Origin: Klebsiella phage ZCKP1
Reading direction: 5' to 3' (one strand)
Sequence record: MH252123.1
Length of the DNA: 64,000 bases
A program made the translations under genes and the position numbers. The notes beneath the pieces were generated by a model. The model made no database searches. It was not told the origin of the DNA and saw only the letters and a program-made list of their open reading frames with translations. This document shows positions 1 through 9,670 of the stretch, piece by piece; position 1 is the first letter of the stretch; each line of letters opens with the position of its first letter.

Positions 1-1185
1 GTTCTTCCTCGCTCTTTTTAATCTTGGTGCCAGATTTAAGAGTCAAATCTTTATCTTTATATTCAGATGGTACCCAACCTAATCCTACAAGCCAGTTTTT
101 AATATGGGTAGTATCGTTCAATGTTGCAGGGATATTAGGATCACACAAAGGCTCATCTGCTGCAACTGGCAGTTTCCACTCTTTCCCCAACATCACTAAC
201 CACCAATCTCCATCCCTCTCTTCCAAATGACCATCATGTTTCTTAGCAAAATTGATCATATGGTTAGTTGGCTCTAAGTTCTTTTTAATTTGCAACTTAG
301 GTGGAATAAAAGCCTTAAGATAACCTTTTGTTGCTGGTTTAGGTGGCAAAATAGGCTCAACGAGTAAACGAAGACGCTCCATTTCTGCATCCAAAAAAGC
401 AAGGTTCTCTTCTGCTTGCTTCATGTTAAAAGCAAACCCACGGTGTTCCTGGCGTGTAATAATGTCTGCTACACGTTGTTCAAGTTCAAATGGACCTTCC
501 CATTTATCATAATCACCCCATTCTTCCATAAGGTAATTATATACACTTGTGTTGGCTTTGTTATCATAGATACAGTAATAAAGCATATCCGCAGCAAAAG
601 TCTTAAATCGATCTTCTTCTGGAATCTCTTTACGGAAATCTATTTTTACATCACCGCCTGCTTTTCGAGAAAGTGCTGCCAAGCTATGTCCTGATTTGCC
701 CTCAATCTTTCGATCTGGGTTTAACACTTTACTCAAAATCAAAGAGTCAATAAGTTTTACCTTATTTTTGCCCCACGTGTTATATTTAACACTGTAATCT
801 AATCCATAAAACAGTTTTGTAGCCAACCAGTCATAGTTGATACCGTTGTGTGCCACAGCCATTTCAACCAAATATTCAGGCTTGTCTTTAAAATAACCTT
901 CATGATTAATAAAGTCTGGGAAATCTTTTAGTTGAAAATGTGTGTAATCTTGCGCCACATATTCTTTAAGAACATACGTGTATTTACCATCTGATTCTTC
1001 ATAAGGACGCCCGTCAAAAATATACTTAGGGCCATCGTGGAAAGCTACTATTTCTCCTGTTTCATGGTTCTCTAAGACAATACAGTGCATTTGAAATGTG
1101 TCTTTGAGACGATAAGGACTAGCTAAATAATCGATAGTGTCATTATTCAACAATCCGTTTGCTTCAATATCCCATGTAAACTTAC
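1..1185 (-). CDS. DNA polymerase family A (T7 gp5-like), N-terminal 3'-5' exonuclease region; the rest of the gene lies beyond the window start (partial)
   Basis: minus-strand ORF open to window edge; GTG start at 1185 with GGAGGAATA RBS; N-term VSKFTWDIEANGLL (Exo I DxE) and HNGINYDW...LIDSLILSKV...GHSLAAL are co-linear with the T7 gp5 N-terminus. Confidence 0.75.
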
Positions 1186-1188
1186 TCA

Positions 1189-1983
1189 CTATTCCTCCTT
1201 TCTAATGTTCTCCAGAACCCACTGAAGCTCTTTTAAACTTAAACTTCTTACTCCCGCAGTTTTACTAGCTTCGGCTTTAAGTAACGGGTAAGCCTCAATG
1301 ATACGCGTTTTAAGATCAGAAGTCAAGGCTTTTAAAAAATAGGTAGATGCTTCAGATAAAGAATCTTCTTCTGATAACACTTTACCTGCACTTGCTCCCG
1401 CTCTCCTAACGGCTATGTCGTAGTCTTTACTGTTGCCTAATACGAATAGTCGATTTTCTCCTAAAACAACGGGAGAACGCTTCTCGTTGCGTTTAATCCA
1501 TACCTGGAATACACAAGGAACATCCCAAGGTTCTCCATGAAGAATAAAAGATCCTTTTGGACATTCTTCTTCGTAAAGAAGATGCATGTGGGGATTTAGT
1601 TTGTGTGCAAAAAAGATTTTTTGAAATGTGCGAGGCAAGATAAAACAAATACCACCTTCGTTATCCAGCATTTCAGCACAATGGTTAAAGAACTTAATGG
1701 CAAGACTAGCATTTTTTCCAAATGGAGGATTACCGACAAAAGCAGTTACACTACCAACAGATTCAACAGATTGAGCTAAAAAATCTGCCTCAATACAATC
1801 TTCAAACTTAGGGTCAATATCAAAAGAAGTTATGTTTTTAAAACAAGAAGAGAAAGCTCCTTCTCCCGCAGATGGTTCTACGTAGTTAGCTTCCTCTCCA
1901 AAAATTTCTTTGATCTTATCACATAAGAACCCCGCATAAGCGGGGTTAGTGTAATATTGATCAAGTGTGTTCAACTTGCTCAA
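1189..1983 (-). CDS. N6-adenine DNA methyltransferase (gamma-class: motif X QYYT, motif I EPSAGEGAF, motif IV NPPF)
   Basis: 264 aa; motifs DQYYTNP, VEPSAGEGAF, GNPPFG. Confidence 0.8.
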   Translation of the reverse strand: MSKLNTLDQYYTNPAYAGFLCDKIKEIFGEEANYVEPSAGEGAFSSCFKNITSFDIDPKFEDCIEADFLAQSVESVGSVTAFVGNPPFGKNASLAIKFFNHCAEMLDNEGGICFILPRTFQKIFFAHKLNPHMHLLYEEECPKGSFILHGEPWDVPCVFQVWIKRNEKRSPVVLGENRLFVLGNSKDYDIAVRRAGASAGKVLSEEDSLSEASTYFLKALTSDLKTRIIEAYPLLKAEASKTAGVRSLSLKELQWVLENIRKEE

Positions 1984-1992
1984 TAGTCCTCC

Positions 1993-2424
1993 TTAGTTGT
2001 TAGCGAACTCAATAGTGAGGTCAACTTTACCATCATCAGAAATAACCATGTTTTTGGTATTTTTAAAGATGATATCTACTTTACCTTCACTTACACGACA
2101 GAATGCAACACCATCTGCAACTTTATCAATATAATATTTGTAAGAAAGAATACCTACTTTACTACGACCAGCACCTTTTGTGAAAGAAGGGCTTACATCG
2201 AAACGGAAACCTTTAGAAGAAACAACACGGTAAGAACGTCCAGTTGGAAGATGTTCAATAACAGAGACATTGTTCTCAACAACTTTTACAGCAAACTCTT
2301 CAGGATGATCCTCAACAATCATGTGTGGGATGGCAAATGCCAACGCTTGTTTGTGTTTAATAACACCAGCACCCAGAGCACCAGCAGCTTTAACTTTTGC
2401 ATTCAGATCGATTGTCATACGCAT
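1993..2424 (-). CDS. hypothetical protein, 143 aa
   Basis: ORF track; RBS AGGAGAAG upstream; a sigma70-like promoter lies just upstream. Confidence 0.5.
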   Translation of the reverse strand: MRMTIDLNAKVKAAGALGAGVIKHKQALAFAIPHMIVEDHPEEFAVKVVENNVSVIEHLPTGRSYRVVSSKGFRFDVSPSFTKGAGRSKVGILSYKYYIDKVADGVAFCRVSEGKVDIIFKNTKNMVISDDGKVDLTIEFANN

Positions 2425-2457
2425 TTTTACTTCTCCTCTTGTTTGGTTGATGAGACA

Positions 2458-2486
2458 AGTATAAGTCCCTTCCGCAAAGTTGTCAA
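2458..2486 (-). promoter_or_regulatory. sigma70-like promoter TTGACA-N17-TATACT for the minus-strand genes from 2424 downward
   Basis: seen on reverse complement. Confidence 0.5.
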
Positions 2487-2489
2487 CAG

Positions 2490-2518
2490 GTATTTTTAAT
2501 AAAAGGGCCGAAGCCCTT
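2490..2518 (-). terminator. intrinsic terminator after the primase-helicase gene (AAGGGCcgaaGCCCTT plus TTTTATTAAAAAT)
   Basis: GC hairpin followed by a T-rich tract on the minus strand. Confidence 0.6.
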
Positions 2519-4295
2519 AGTAGTTGCTATCCGTAGGCAAATTAGCAGGATTGTTGAAATACTGCTCTTTGTCATGCAGAGTTGCAGTTCTAATATCATA
2601 GTAAAACTGCCCTGCCGGACCCGTTTCCGAGAACTCACGGTTTTTTAGGATAAAGCAATGAGTCGTATTGCGTTCTACAGGGTCTTCAGCGGCTTTATCT
2701 CGTTCCAAAGCCAAGGTAATACCAGCACCTTTAGCCAAGAAACTACTACCCATTGCATCGTCCTCTGTTAAGTGTTCATTGCCACCATTAGCCGACTTCT
2801 TAACGTGTGAGATGACGATAATGGTTATAGCATACTCTTTCATGATGCGCTTCAACCATGTTGCTAACTCTTCCTGGGCTTGAACATCCATACCAGAAAG
2901 CAAATCAGAATAAGGGTCGATAACAAGAATTGTTACTCCAAAATAGATGATCATCTCCAAAACTTTTTCTTTGATAGACTCCACATCTGCTCCACGATCA
3001 TCACACACATAAAAACGTGGTGATCCATCTTCTCTTTCGTAAAAATCTAGGATTTTTTCTTTATTCTCTTCCAAGATTTGAAATTTCTCTTCCGGTGTTT
3101 TCCTGTGTAGAGGAATATGCAAGAAAGAGGACAACAGGTTACGAGAATATTTCTTATAAGTTGCTTCCAAGGACAGAATACCTAGGGTATGTTCTGGGTG
3201 TGCAACGATAATATGTTTGGTGATCTCGTTCACCATCAAAGTTTTACCGATACTGGTCTTTGCCAGGATGACTGTAATCTCTTCCTCTACTAAACCACCA
3301 CCCAGCATATTTGCAGCAACACGCATAAAAGGAGGCAAGGTAATCATCTTGGATTCCAAGCATTCTAGTGCAGCTTCATACAAGACATTAGAAGCATAAA
3401 CACCTGCGGGAGTGTATAGACGAGCACTCCAAAAAGCTTTTACGAAATCCTTTGCACGACCTTCTTCCAGATACTGATTGGCATCCTTGAGATCCATCTG
3501 CATACGGTAGACTTTGTTACGAGGCAGCACCTTAACAATATTTTCAAATGCCTCATTACCTGCTTTGTCGTTATCCATGCAAACAATAATCTTCTTAAAT
3601 TTTTCAAAGAAAGGATATTGTGCCTGGACTTGTTTATACATACTGGTTTCACCAGTTGTGCCACTTACTACAGCTGGAAGCTCATATTTACTGTCCAAGT
3701 TTTCAGATAGCATTTGATAAGCTGCCAGAGCATCGTGTTCACCACCTGTAATCACAACAGTATGAGAACGGTCTGCAAAACGAATTTGTCCAAAAAGATC
3801 TACATCTTTACCTACTTGACCAATAGGTTTACTGAAATCTTTAGGATGAATACGACGCTTAAAACCAACCAATTCTTTACCGATGGTAGTCGGATATAAA
3901 CAACTTTCTACTACCATCTGATCCCCTTCCTGACGGTATTCATAACGAACACCATAGAAAGATGAAACTTTTTCTTTAATGCCTCGATAACCACGTGGGT
4001 TGGTTGATGTTTCTTGAACAATTTTACGATGAATCTGTTTATTAAATTCCGAACCCACAATCTCCTCCTCTTCTTCTAAAACTTCACCATTTTCTCGTAA
4101 CCATTCTACGCTAGGAATAGTGTATTCACACGCAAAGCACTTAGCACCTTTATGCTCTCCATTAGAATCTAATCCATAAACCATCAGGTTATTACGAGAG
4201 CGATCCTTGCCATTTTTCATGCAGCGCGGACAACCTGTATGTCCTTCCTTGCTAAGATCAACATCAAATCCATATTTAGTTATAATGTGCGACAC
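2517..4295 (-). CDS. bifunctional DNA primase / DnaB-like replicative helicase (T7 gp4-like)
   Basis: 592 aa; N-terminal Cys4 zinc ribbon (CPRCM...CFACEY), central toprim-like region, C-terminal RecA/DnaB-like ATPase (AKTSIGKT). Confidence 0.8.
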   Translation of the reverse strand: MSHIITKYGFDVDLSKEGHTGCPRCMKNGKDRSRNNLMVYGLDSNGEHKGAKCFACEYTIPSVEWLRENGEVLEEEEEIVGSEFNKQIHRKIVQETSTNPRGYRGIKEKVSSFYGVRYEYRQEGDQMVVESCLYPTTIGKELVGFKRRIHPKDFSKPIGQVGKDVDLFGQIRFADRSHTVVITGGEHDALAAYQMLSENLDSKYELPAVVSGTTGETSMYKQVQAQYPFFEKFKKIIVCMDNDKAGNEAFENIVKVLPRNKVYRMQMDLKDANQYLEEGRAKDFVKAFWSARLYTPAGVYASNVLYEAALECLESKMITLPPFMRVAANMLGGGLVEEEITVILAKTSIGKTLMVNEITKHIIVAHPEHTLGILSLEATYKKYSRNLLSSFLHIPLHRKTPEEKFQILEENKEKILDFYEREDGSPRFYVCDDRGADVESIKEKVLEMIIYFGVTILVIDPYSDLLSGMDVQAQEELATWLKRIMKEYAITIIVISHVKKSANGGNEHLTEDDAMGSSFLAKGAGITLALERDKAAEDPVERNTTHCFILKNREFSETGPAGQFYYDIRTATLHDKEQYFNNPANLPTDSNY

Positions 4296-4307
4296 TTTGT
4301 TCTCCTG

Positions 4308-4586
4308 TTAAAATGGTTCGTTAGTCTCCATCATATATTCTGCTTCTAGTTCTTCCATGTGCTTTCTAAATTGGAAAGCAATTTCTGCTACAGTTACATT
4401 TAAATCTTTTTCAAAAACTTCTGTAGATCCTTCATAAAAACGAATACCGTCAATTAAAAGCCCTCCGTGGTAATCCCAATCGCTTTCACGAGAAAGTGGA
4501 TTAGGTTCTTCATAATAGTAATCCACCTCCACGACCAAGGCTTTCCCGTTACGAGTGGTGTATTCAAAATCAAAAGTGTTAATCAT
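4308..4586 (-). CDS. hypothetical protein, 92 aa
   Basis: ORF track; start/stop overlap with neighbouring genes. Confidence 0.45.
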   Translation of the reverse strand: MINTFDFEYTTRNGKALVVEVDYYYEEPNPLSRESDWDYHGGLLIDGIRFYEGSTEVFEKDLNVTVAEIAFQFRKHMEELEAEYMMETNEPF

Positions 4587-5530
4587 TATAGCTCCTCAAA
4601 TAAAAGTCTACGACGCTCATTCAACACATCAATGTGATAATGAGTCCTGACATACTTAGCTAATGCTAATCCTTTCTCCATGCAAACATCGGGAGCACTT
4701 AATAAGTATTCCGTAATATCTTTCCACTCGGAAGGTGTTTCAGCAAAGAATAACAAATCTTTAAACTCTTGTGTATGATAATTCTCACGAGGAGAGCAGA
4801 TTAAAGGTAAACCCTTAGCACCTGCCTCAAGAATTTTAAGATTGCTTTTTGCATTATTAAACACGTTATCGATCAATGGTGCAAGACTGATTTGATGACC
4901 ATCGTAAGATTCCATGTAGTTGGCATATGGTCTTACACCTTCATAAACACAAGTTGGTGCTACATTTTCTCTGATTACAGACCATTCACGACTACTTAAA
5001 ACTTCGGAATCCCTACGAAAACCACATATTGTAAGATCTTTACCAAAATCGGGCAAGATAGCCAAATCTTGTTTATGTGTTTCACTTCCAGCCCAGACTA
5101 ATGGAGTTTTGGAGTAGCGATCACGGGTCAACACAAATTGACCTTCATCGTAAGGAAGTCCATTAGGGATTATGTGCACATTATCATTGTATTGTGAAAG
5201 TTCAACTTGCAAGGCAGGTGTCGTAGTTGTAACAAGATCACTGTGCTCTAAAAACCATTTTAAATGTTCACGAATACCTGATTCAAAAATACCTTCTAAC
5301 ATGTGTCCTTTTGGAATAACTAAAGAGTCATCCAAATCCATAACCATTTTAAAGCCCAGGTTTTTAAGGGCTAAAAAGCCCTCTTTACCTTTTGTTGGCA
5401 CTCCGTTAAAAACGAAAACGTTGTGTTTAGGTTGTGAAGAGAACTGCCTTGAGTAAGGCAGCACTACCCTATGGAAATCGCAGACACTATAATTGATTCC
5501 GTTACGATTGTCAAGAATTATTTGTCCCAT
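4586..5530 (-). CDS. glycosyltransferase-like protein (GT-B type C-terminal motif), paralog 1
   Basis: 314 aa; SNLKILEAGAKGLPLICSP resembles the GT1/GT4 sugar-donor motif; paralog of 5538..6485. Confidence 0.45.
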   Translation of the reverse strand: MGQIILDNRNGINYSVCDFHRVVLPYSRQFSSQPKHNVFVFNGVPTKGKEGFLALKNLGFKMVMDLDDSLVIPKGHMLEGIFESGIREHLKWFLEHSDLVTTTTPALQVELSQYNDNVHIIPNGLPYDEGQFVLTRDRYSKTPLVWAGSETHKQDLAILPDFGKDLTICGFRRDSEVLSSREWSVIRENVAPTCVYEGVRPYANYMESYDGHQISLAPLIDNVFNNAKSNLKILEAGAKGLPLICSPRENYHTQEFKDLLFFAETPSEWKDITEYLLSAPDVCMEKGLALAKYVRTHYHIDVLNERRRLLFEEL

Positions 5531-5537
5531 ACTTCAC

Positions 5538-6485
5538 CTACAAACTTTCAATGACCTGGCGTCGCAATTCGTTTGCATCTGCCAGATTATAATGTGTTCG
5601 AACATGTTCCGCTAAGAACAAGCCGCGATCTTCCCGATAGTTCGGATTGCGAAGAAGCTTAACAATTTCGTAATGCCATTCTGCTTTATTCTCTGCATAA
5701 GCAACAGCGCGAGCATCTACAGGGTTAAAATAAGGTAATACCTTAGAACAAACAATCGGAATACCTTTTGCCCCAGCTTCAAGGATTTTGAGATTACTTT
5801 TACAATTATTAAAATCATTATCTACCAAAGGAGCTATAGCAATAGCATGACTTTCGTAAACACTCATGTAATTATCTAAATCTTTTACAGCAGCTTTATA
5901 TTTGGCATTTGGTAAATTTCTGCGAATCTTAATCCACTCTTGTCCTGTGATGCTTTGTGATGCTTCATATCCCGCAATAGTAAGAAGTTCATCATCGAAA
6001 GTATTAGAGACTAGTCGTAAGTCGGGTTCGTGACTAGCACCGCCAGCCCATACAACAGGGGTACCGGATGAACGATCATTTGACAAAGTGAATTGTCCAC
6101 TATCAAAAGGAAGTGCATTTCGGATCACAACAACATTCCTATTTAAGTGACGGATCTTATATGCCAAATATTCCGTAGTCACAATGACCACATCAGCAAG
6201 CTTAATCATAGCCACAATAGCGTGAGTGTTTGACTCATATAAACTTGCTAAATAATGTTCTGGATTAAGTTGGTAGAAATCATCTAAATCTACAACAATT
6301 TTAACACCTTGACGTTTCAGGGACAGAACATATTCTGCACCTTTAGAATGAATACGGTTAAACACGACAACATCTTTCTTAGGCTGAAAATTATTGTTGT
6401 TAAATGGTATAACAATACGATGATAATCACAACCGCTGTGAGGTTTTGCATCAATTTTCAGTTTAGTCCATTTTTTATTTGACAT
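5538..6485 (-). CDS. glycosyltransferase-like protein, paralog 2
   Basis: paralog of 4586..5530 (VVWAGGASHEPDL, SNLKILEAGAKGIPIV); start moved to the ATG at 6485, which has an AGGAGG RBS (track start 6524 has none). Confidence 0.45.
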   Translation of the reverse strand: MSNKKWTKLKIDAKPHSGCDYHRIVIPFNNNNFQPKKDVVVFNRIHSKGAEYVLSLKRQGVKIVVDLDDFYQLNPEHYLASLYESNTHAIVAMIKLADVVIVTTEYLAYKIRHLNRNVVVIRNALPFDSGQFTLSNDRSSGTPVVWAGGASHEPDLRLVSNTFDDELLTIAGYEASQSITGQEWIKIRRNLPNAKYKAAVKDLDNYMSVYESHAIAIAPLVDNDFNNCKSNLKILEAGAKGIPIVCSKVLPYFNPVDARAVAYAENKAEWHYEIVKLLRNPNYREDRGLFLAEHVRTHYNLADANELRRQVIESL

Positions 6486-7158
6486 GTGCCAGTGCCTCCT
6501 CATAAGAAATTCGGATTTTCCCATTTTTAATATCTTCTAAAGACGCTTTATATTCTTCCCAGTTAATGCCAATAGCAGCTTCTTTCTCTTCTTTTGTCAG
6601 GTTAGCAAAAGGCATAGGATTGTTTCCAAAAACATCGTCTGGGTGGATATAAGCCATGATACGAAGTGGACAAGGTATTGCCTGAATACCCTGATTCAAA
6701 CCAGCAGCTTTCAAACGGTGTACCCATTCAGCATCTTCAAAACCATAGCCGTGAGTGTAAGGGCGGAAATAACCCATCTTCTCAACAACGGCACGAGAAT
6801 ACATTGCAAATTGACACATTGCAAGCTCCCAGAGAATAACTTCTCCTTTACTCCCAACAACTTTATCTTTGAAATACTCCGGCATACCAAAGAAATCCCA
6901 TCCTCCAGAGACAGCTTGATCTACAAAATATGTTTCCCATCCCTCTATGATTGGGTAGCAATCGTCGTCAAAAATAAACCAATAATCATAACCTTCTTCA
7001 TAAAACTGGTGCATAAGTTCATTCCTGGCATAAGCTACACCTTTACGATCTGGATCGTTGAATACTCGAAAATCTGCACGTGGATCTGTTACAAGGTAGT
7101 CTTTAAGTGGACGGACACCGACAGTGATAACACCCACTCCGATTTTAATATTTTCCAT
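6475..7158 (-). CDS. glycosyltransferase, GT-A fold (family 2-like)
   Basis: 227 aa; KGVAYARNE and DxD motif FDDDCY; RBS AGGAGAGA. Confidence 0.55.
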   Translation of the reverse strand: MENIKIGVGVITVGVRPLKDYLVTDPRADFRVFNDPDRKGVAYARNELMHQFYEEGYDYWFIFDDDCYPIIEGWETYFVDQAVSGGWDFFGMPEYFKDKVVGSKGEVILWELAMCQFAMYSRAVVEKMGYFRPYTHGYGFEDAEWVHRLKAAGLNQGIQAIPCPLRIMAYIHPDDVFGNNPMPFANLTKEEKEAAIGINWEEYKASLEDIKNGKIRISYEEALAHVK

Positions 7159-7166
7159 TTTCTCTC

Positions 7167-7730
7167 CTAAATAGTTTTACTGTGATCGTGACAGTGTAAT
7201 AAATGATGTATAGACCGTTGAGGATTTGTTTGACCTAACCTGTAAATGTGAAACAGATACATTCCCCGCATCAATCCTAACCTCTTTCCTTTTTCATGTA
7301 AAGTGCGAGAGAAAATTAAGTCGAATTGGATAGATTTTTCTTCGAAAGGAATTTCATTCCACAATGATTTTCTAAAAAGCAAAAAGAAACCTGCCAGAGG
7401 TGTTCCGAAAGGAACTTCTTCAACACTCACTTTATGATATTCTCTTGCAATCTTAGCATATTCTATATGGTTTAGAATATCTGGATCATCGTTAATTTGG
7501 TTAGAGAAAAGCTGATAACCACTGCCTAACCTGTTACAAGTTGCACCTATTACATCAAAAGGCGGGTTTGACATAACAAGCTCTTCAAGCATAGATGGTT
7601 GATCAGGTAGGAGGAACATTGTATCGGTATCTCTTAAACACACCCAACTATCATCTGGAAGAACGGCAATGGCTTCATTGATAGCCTTGCCGATATTTCC
7701 TGTCAGATAGGGAGTAATATAATAAATCAT
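7167..7730 (-). CDS. putative GT-A fold glycosyltransferase
   Basis: 187 aa; N-terminal NIGKAINEAI...CLRDTDTM (DxD); RBS GGAGGGGAG. Confidence 0.4.
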   Translation of the reverse strand: MIYYITPYLTGNIGKAINEAIAVLPDDSWVCLRDTDTMFLLPDQPSMLEELVMSNPPFDVIGATCNRLGSGYQLFSNQINDDPDILNHIEYAKIAREYHKVSVEEVPFGTPLAGFFLLFRKSLWNEIPFEEKSIQFDLIFSRTLHEKGKRLGLMRGMYLFHIYRLGQTNPQRSIHHLLHCHDHSKTI

Positions 7731-7746
7731 TCTCCCCTCCGTTATA

Positions 7747-7938
7747 TTAACTGTCGGCTACAATCCCACGTTTAATCATTTCTTGTTGAATCTGGATGAC
7801 ACGATCTCGTGCTTCCATATATTCTTTAAAAGATTCTTGGAGATGGTCACGGGCTACGTCCCGTAGTTTAATAAGTTTGTCGTTTGTCACTTCTTGAAGA
7901 GAGATCTCGCCAGTTTCATTGGTCCCAAGCGTTTTCAT
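7747..7938 (-). CDS. hypothetical protein, 63 aa
   Basis: ORF track. Confidence 0.4.
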   Translation of the reverse strand: MKTLGTNETGEISLQEVTNDKLIKLRDVARDHLQESFKEYMEARDRVIQIQQEMIKRGIVADS

Positions 7939-8146
7939 TTACAACCTCCTTAATAGCTACTGCACAGTTCTTACAAATACATTGACCTTTGTTTTTAGAA
8001 ATTTCAATGTAAGGTTCATTTTCGTTTTCTCCGCGTCGTGAATCGTATATTACTGTATTGAAGCAGACAACGCAAATGTTTTTAATAACGACATATTTTT
8101 GCACTTTCTGTTTAGTGCGAAAATTGACTTCAATGACTTCTCCCAT
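7916..8146 (-). CDS. small Cys-rich putative zinc-binding protein, 76 aa
   Basis: start refined to the ATG at 8146 (RBS AGGGGAG); CxxC...CxCxxC. Confidence 0.4.
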   Translation of the reverse strand: MGEVIEVNFRTKQKVQKYVVIKNICVVCFNTVIYDSRRGENENEPYIEISKNKGQCICKNCAVAIKEVVNENAWDQ

Positions 8147-8430
8147 CAGTGAATCTCCCCTAAAATGTTGTTTTGAGACATTACTGCGGAGCATTCTACA
8201 GCATCATGAGTCCTTGCAAAACGCTCCCACAACACAGCATCTACTTTAAGAACCATACAAGGATAAATACTGTCGTTGATCATGTCAATGCTATATTTAT
8301 CTACATCCTTTTCATCTTCCATAAACAAAGTAGCGTATGCTTCCAAATGTTTACGGGTGTAGTATACGTCTTCTTCGGTAAGACCGACAACCAGGTAACT
8401 TGCTACAACAACAGTATTATCTTCTTGCAT
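8146..8430 (-). CDS. hypothetical protein, 94 aa
   Basis: start refined to the ATG at 8430 (RBS AAGGGGAG); stop overlaps the downstream ATG (TGATG). Confidence 0.4.
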   Translation of the reverse strand: MQEDNTVVVASYLVVGLTEEDVYYTRKHLEAYATLFMEDEKDVDKYSIDMINDSIYPCMVLKVDAVLWERFARTHDAVECSAVMSQNNILGEIH

Positions 8431-8431
8431 T

Positions 8432-8953
8432 TTAACTCCCCTTTGGTAGATAGAAACCATGCACTTTATCTCGATAAACAAGACGCATATCACGTTCCCA
8501 GTGTGTCCTTATATTCCGTTTCTTGAAGTATAGAGCACCTTTAGTAACATCTAAAACAGACCGCAATTCAGGAAAATGTTTCTCTAAATAAAGTAAACGC
8601 TCCGCTATTGCTTTTGCTTCCTGCCACTTATCTTTCTCTGTTACGTTAAAAGTTTTCGCATATGAGAATTGCCCTTTCTGGAACAAGACTTCTCTGACTG
8701 TGTTAGGGAAGTAGGTATCATTTCTTCTGTTGATTACCACATTCCCAACGGCATTCATTCCTTTTTTACCCAGACCGCGACCTTCTGCGTAAATTGCACA
8801 AGCTAATAGAATTTTATCATTATATTGCTTTGTACATTTGTGAACTACTTTAGCGGTTTTTACGTTTGCAGCTTCGGCTTTCGCCACAACAGGTGTAAAT
8901 GTAAAAGCAGTTAAGGATAGTAACGCAACTGTTACAAAGTTTTTTATCAGCAA
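8432..8953 (-). CDS. exported cell-wall hydrolase (SleB/CwlJ-like, Hydrolase_2 family) with N-terminal signal peptide; candidate endolysin
   Basis: TTG start with GGAGG RBS; signal peptide LLSLTAFTFTPVVAKA; motif LACAIYAEGRG...AVGNVVINR...FPNTV...FQKGQF. Confidence 0.75.
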   Translation of the reverse strand: MLIKNFVTVALLSLTAFTFTPVVAKAEAANVKTAKVVHKCTKQYNDKILLACAIYAEGRGLGKKGMNAVGNVVINRRNDTYFPNTVREVLFQKGQFSYAKTFNVTEKDKWQEAKAIAERLLYLEKHFPELRSVLDVTKGALYFKKRNIRTHWERDMRLVYRDKVHGFYLPKGS

Positions 8954-8975
8954 ATTTTGCCTCCTTTTTAAGTTA

Positions 8976-9004
8976 ACGAATTTCTAGTATAACACGATAG
9001 AGGC
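8976..9004 (-). promoter_or_regulatory. sigma70-like promoter TTGCAA-N17-TATACT upstream of the SleB-like hydrolase gene
   Basis: seen on reverse complement; immediately preceded by GC hairpin 9009..9036. Confidence 0.5.
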
Positions 9005-9008
9005 TTTA

Positions 9009-9036
9009 TTGCAAGAGGGGGATTTCTCCCCCTCAA
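9009..9036 (-). other. GC hairpin AGGGGGAGAAATCCCCCTCT between the TerD gene and the downstream promoter (possible attenuator or weak terminator)
   Basis: 7-bp G/C stem with 4-nt loop; no clear U-tract. Confidence 0.4.
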
Positions 9037-9052
9037 AATCATTTGTTAATTA

Positions 9053-9655
9053 TTATGGACATTCATACCATTCTTTTTTACCACCGAAGGCCATCACCAC
9101 ATCACAAATATCCAGACCCGCTTTGCCTACACCATATGCTTTCAGCTTCCATTCCCCATCTTCACGAACCAAGGAAGCCACGTGGCAGATTGTGTTGCCA
9201 GCTACTTCAGGAGCCAGGAAGTCAAAATCCAGAATTTCCACATTGCGCTCGGAGTCGAAGATTTTAAGCATACCTTCAGAAGCATGACCAAAACGTTTCA
9301 GACCTGTATCATCATCAATGGTCAGAACAAAGGCAATCTCTTGTGCATCAGGGGAGATTTTAGCCAGAGTAATATCAATCTGCTCCATGCTGCCAGTTCC
9401 ATCACGAACATCGTCACCAGCGAAGGTAGAACGTTCAGGATCAAACTTGTTAGCATAGCAAACCAGATGACGTGCAGACAGCATTTCAGGATTGCCAGCG
9501 GCATTGTGACGACAAACCAGTGCACTTACATCCAGATCCAGTTTAGAATCAGATTTCCAAGAGAATTCCAGGCGCAGTTCTTTCAGAGCCGGAGCAACTT
9601 TCTTCAGGGAAATTTTTTCGCTAGAGCCTTTTTTCAGGGAAATTTTATCAGTCAT
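9053..9655 (-). CDS. TerD-domain stress protein
   Basis: 200 aa, co-linear with E. coli TerD: ISLKK, LDLDVSALVC, GDDVRDGTG...IDITL, EIAFVLTI, EDGEWKLKAYGVG. Confidence 0.8.
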   Translation of the reverse strand: MTDKISLKKGSSEKISLKKVAPALKELRLEFSWKSDSKLDLDVSALVCRHNAAGNPEMLSARHLVCYANKFDPERSTFAGDDVRDGTGSMEQIDITLAKISPDAQEIAFVLTIDDDTGLKRFGHASEGMLKIFDSERNVEILDFDFLAPEVAGNTICHVASLVREDGEWKLKAYGVGKAGLDICDVVMAFGGKKEWYECP

Positions 9656-9670
9656 CTTTTGTCTCCTCTA

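Noticed and set aside
2251-2499. Numerous plus-strand ORFs in the track across 1-31 kb (e.g. 2251..2499, 2668..2883, 3017..3899, 5172..5456, 6643..7170, 9182..9736, 10379..10825, 12733..12963, 18358..18876, 22163..23002) and minus-strand ORFs across 31-64 kb (e.g. 34820..35017, 35106..35435, 41346..41744, 44279..44670, 53220..53645, 55955..56248, 56668..57075)
   Set aside because: All lie antisense within longer, motif-supported genes on the dominant strand of their arm, and lack RBSs. Treated as shadow ORFs.
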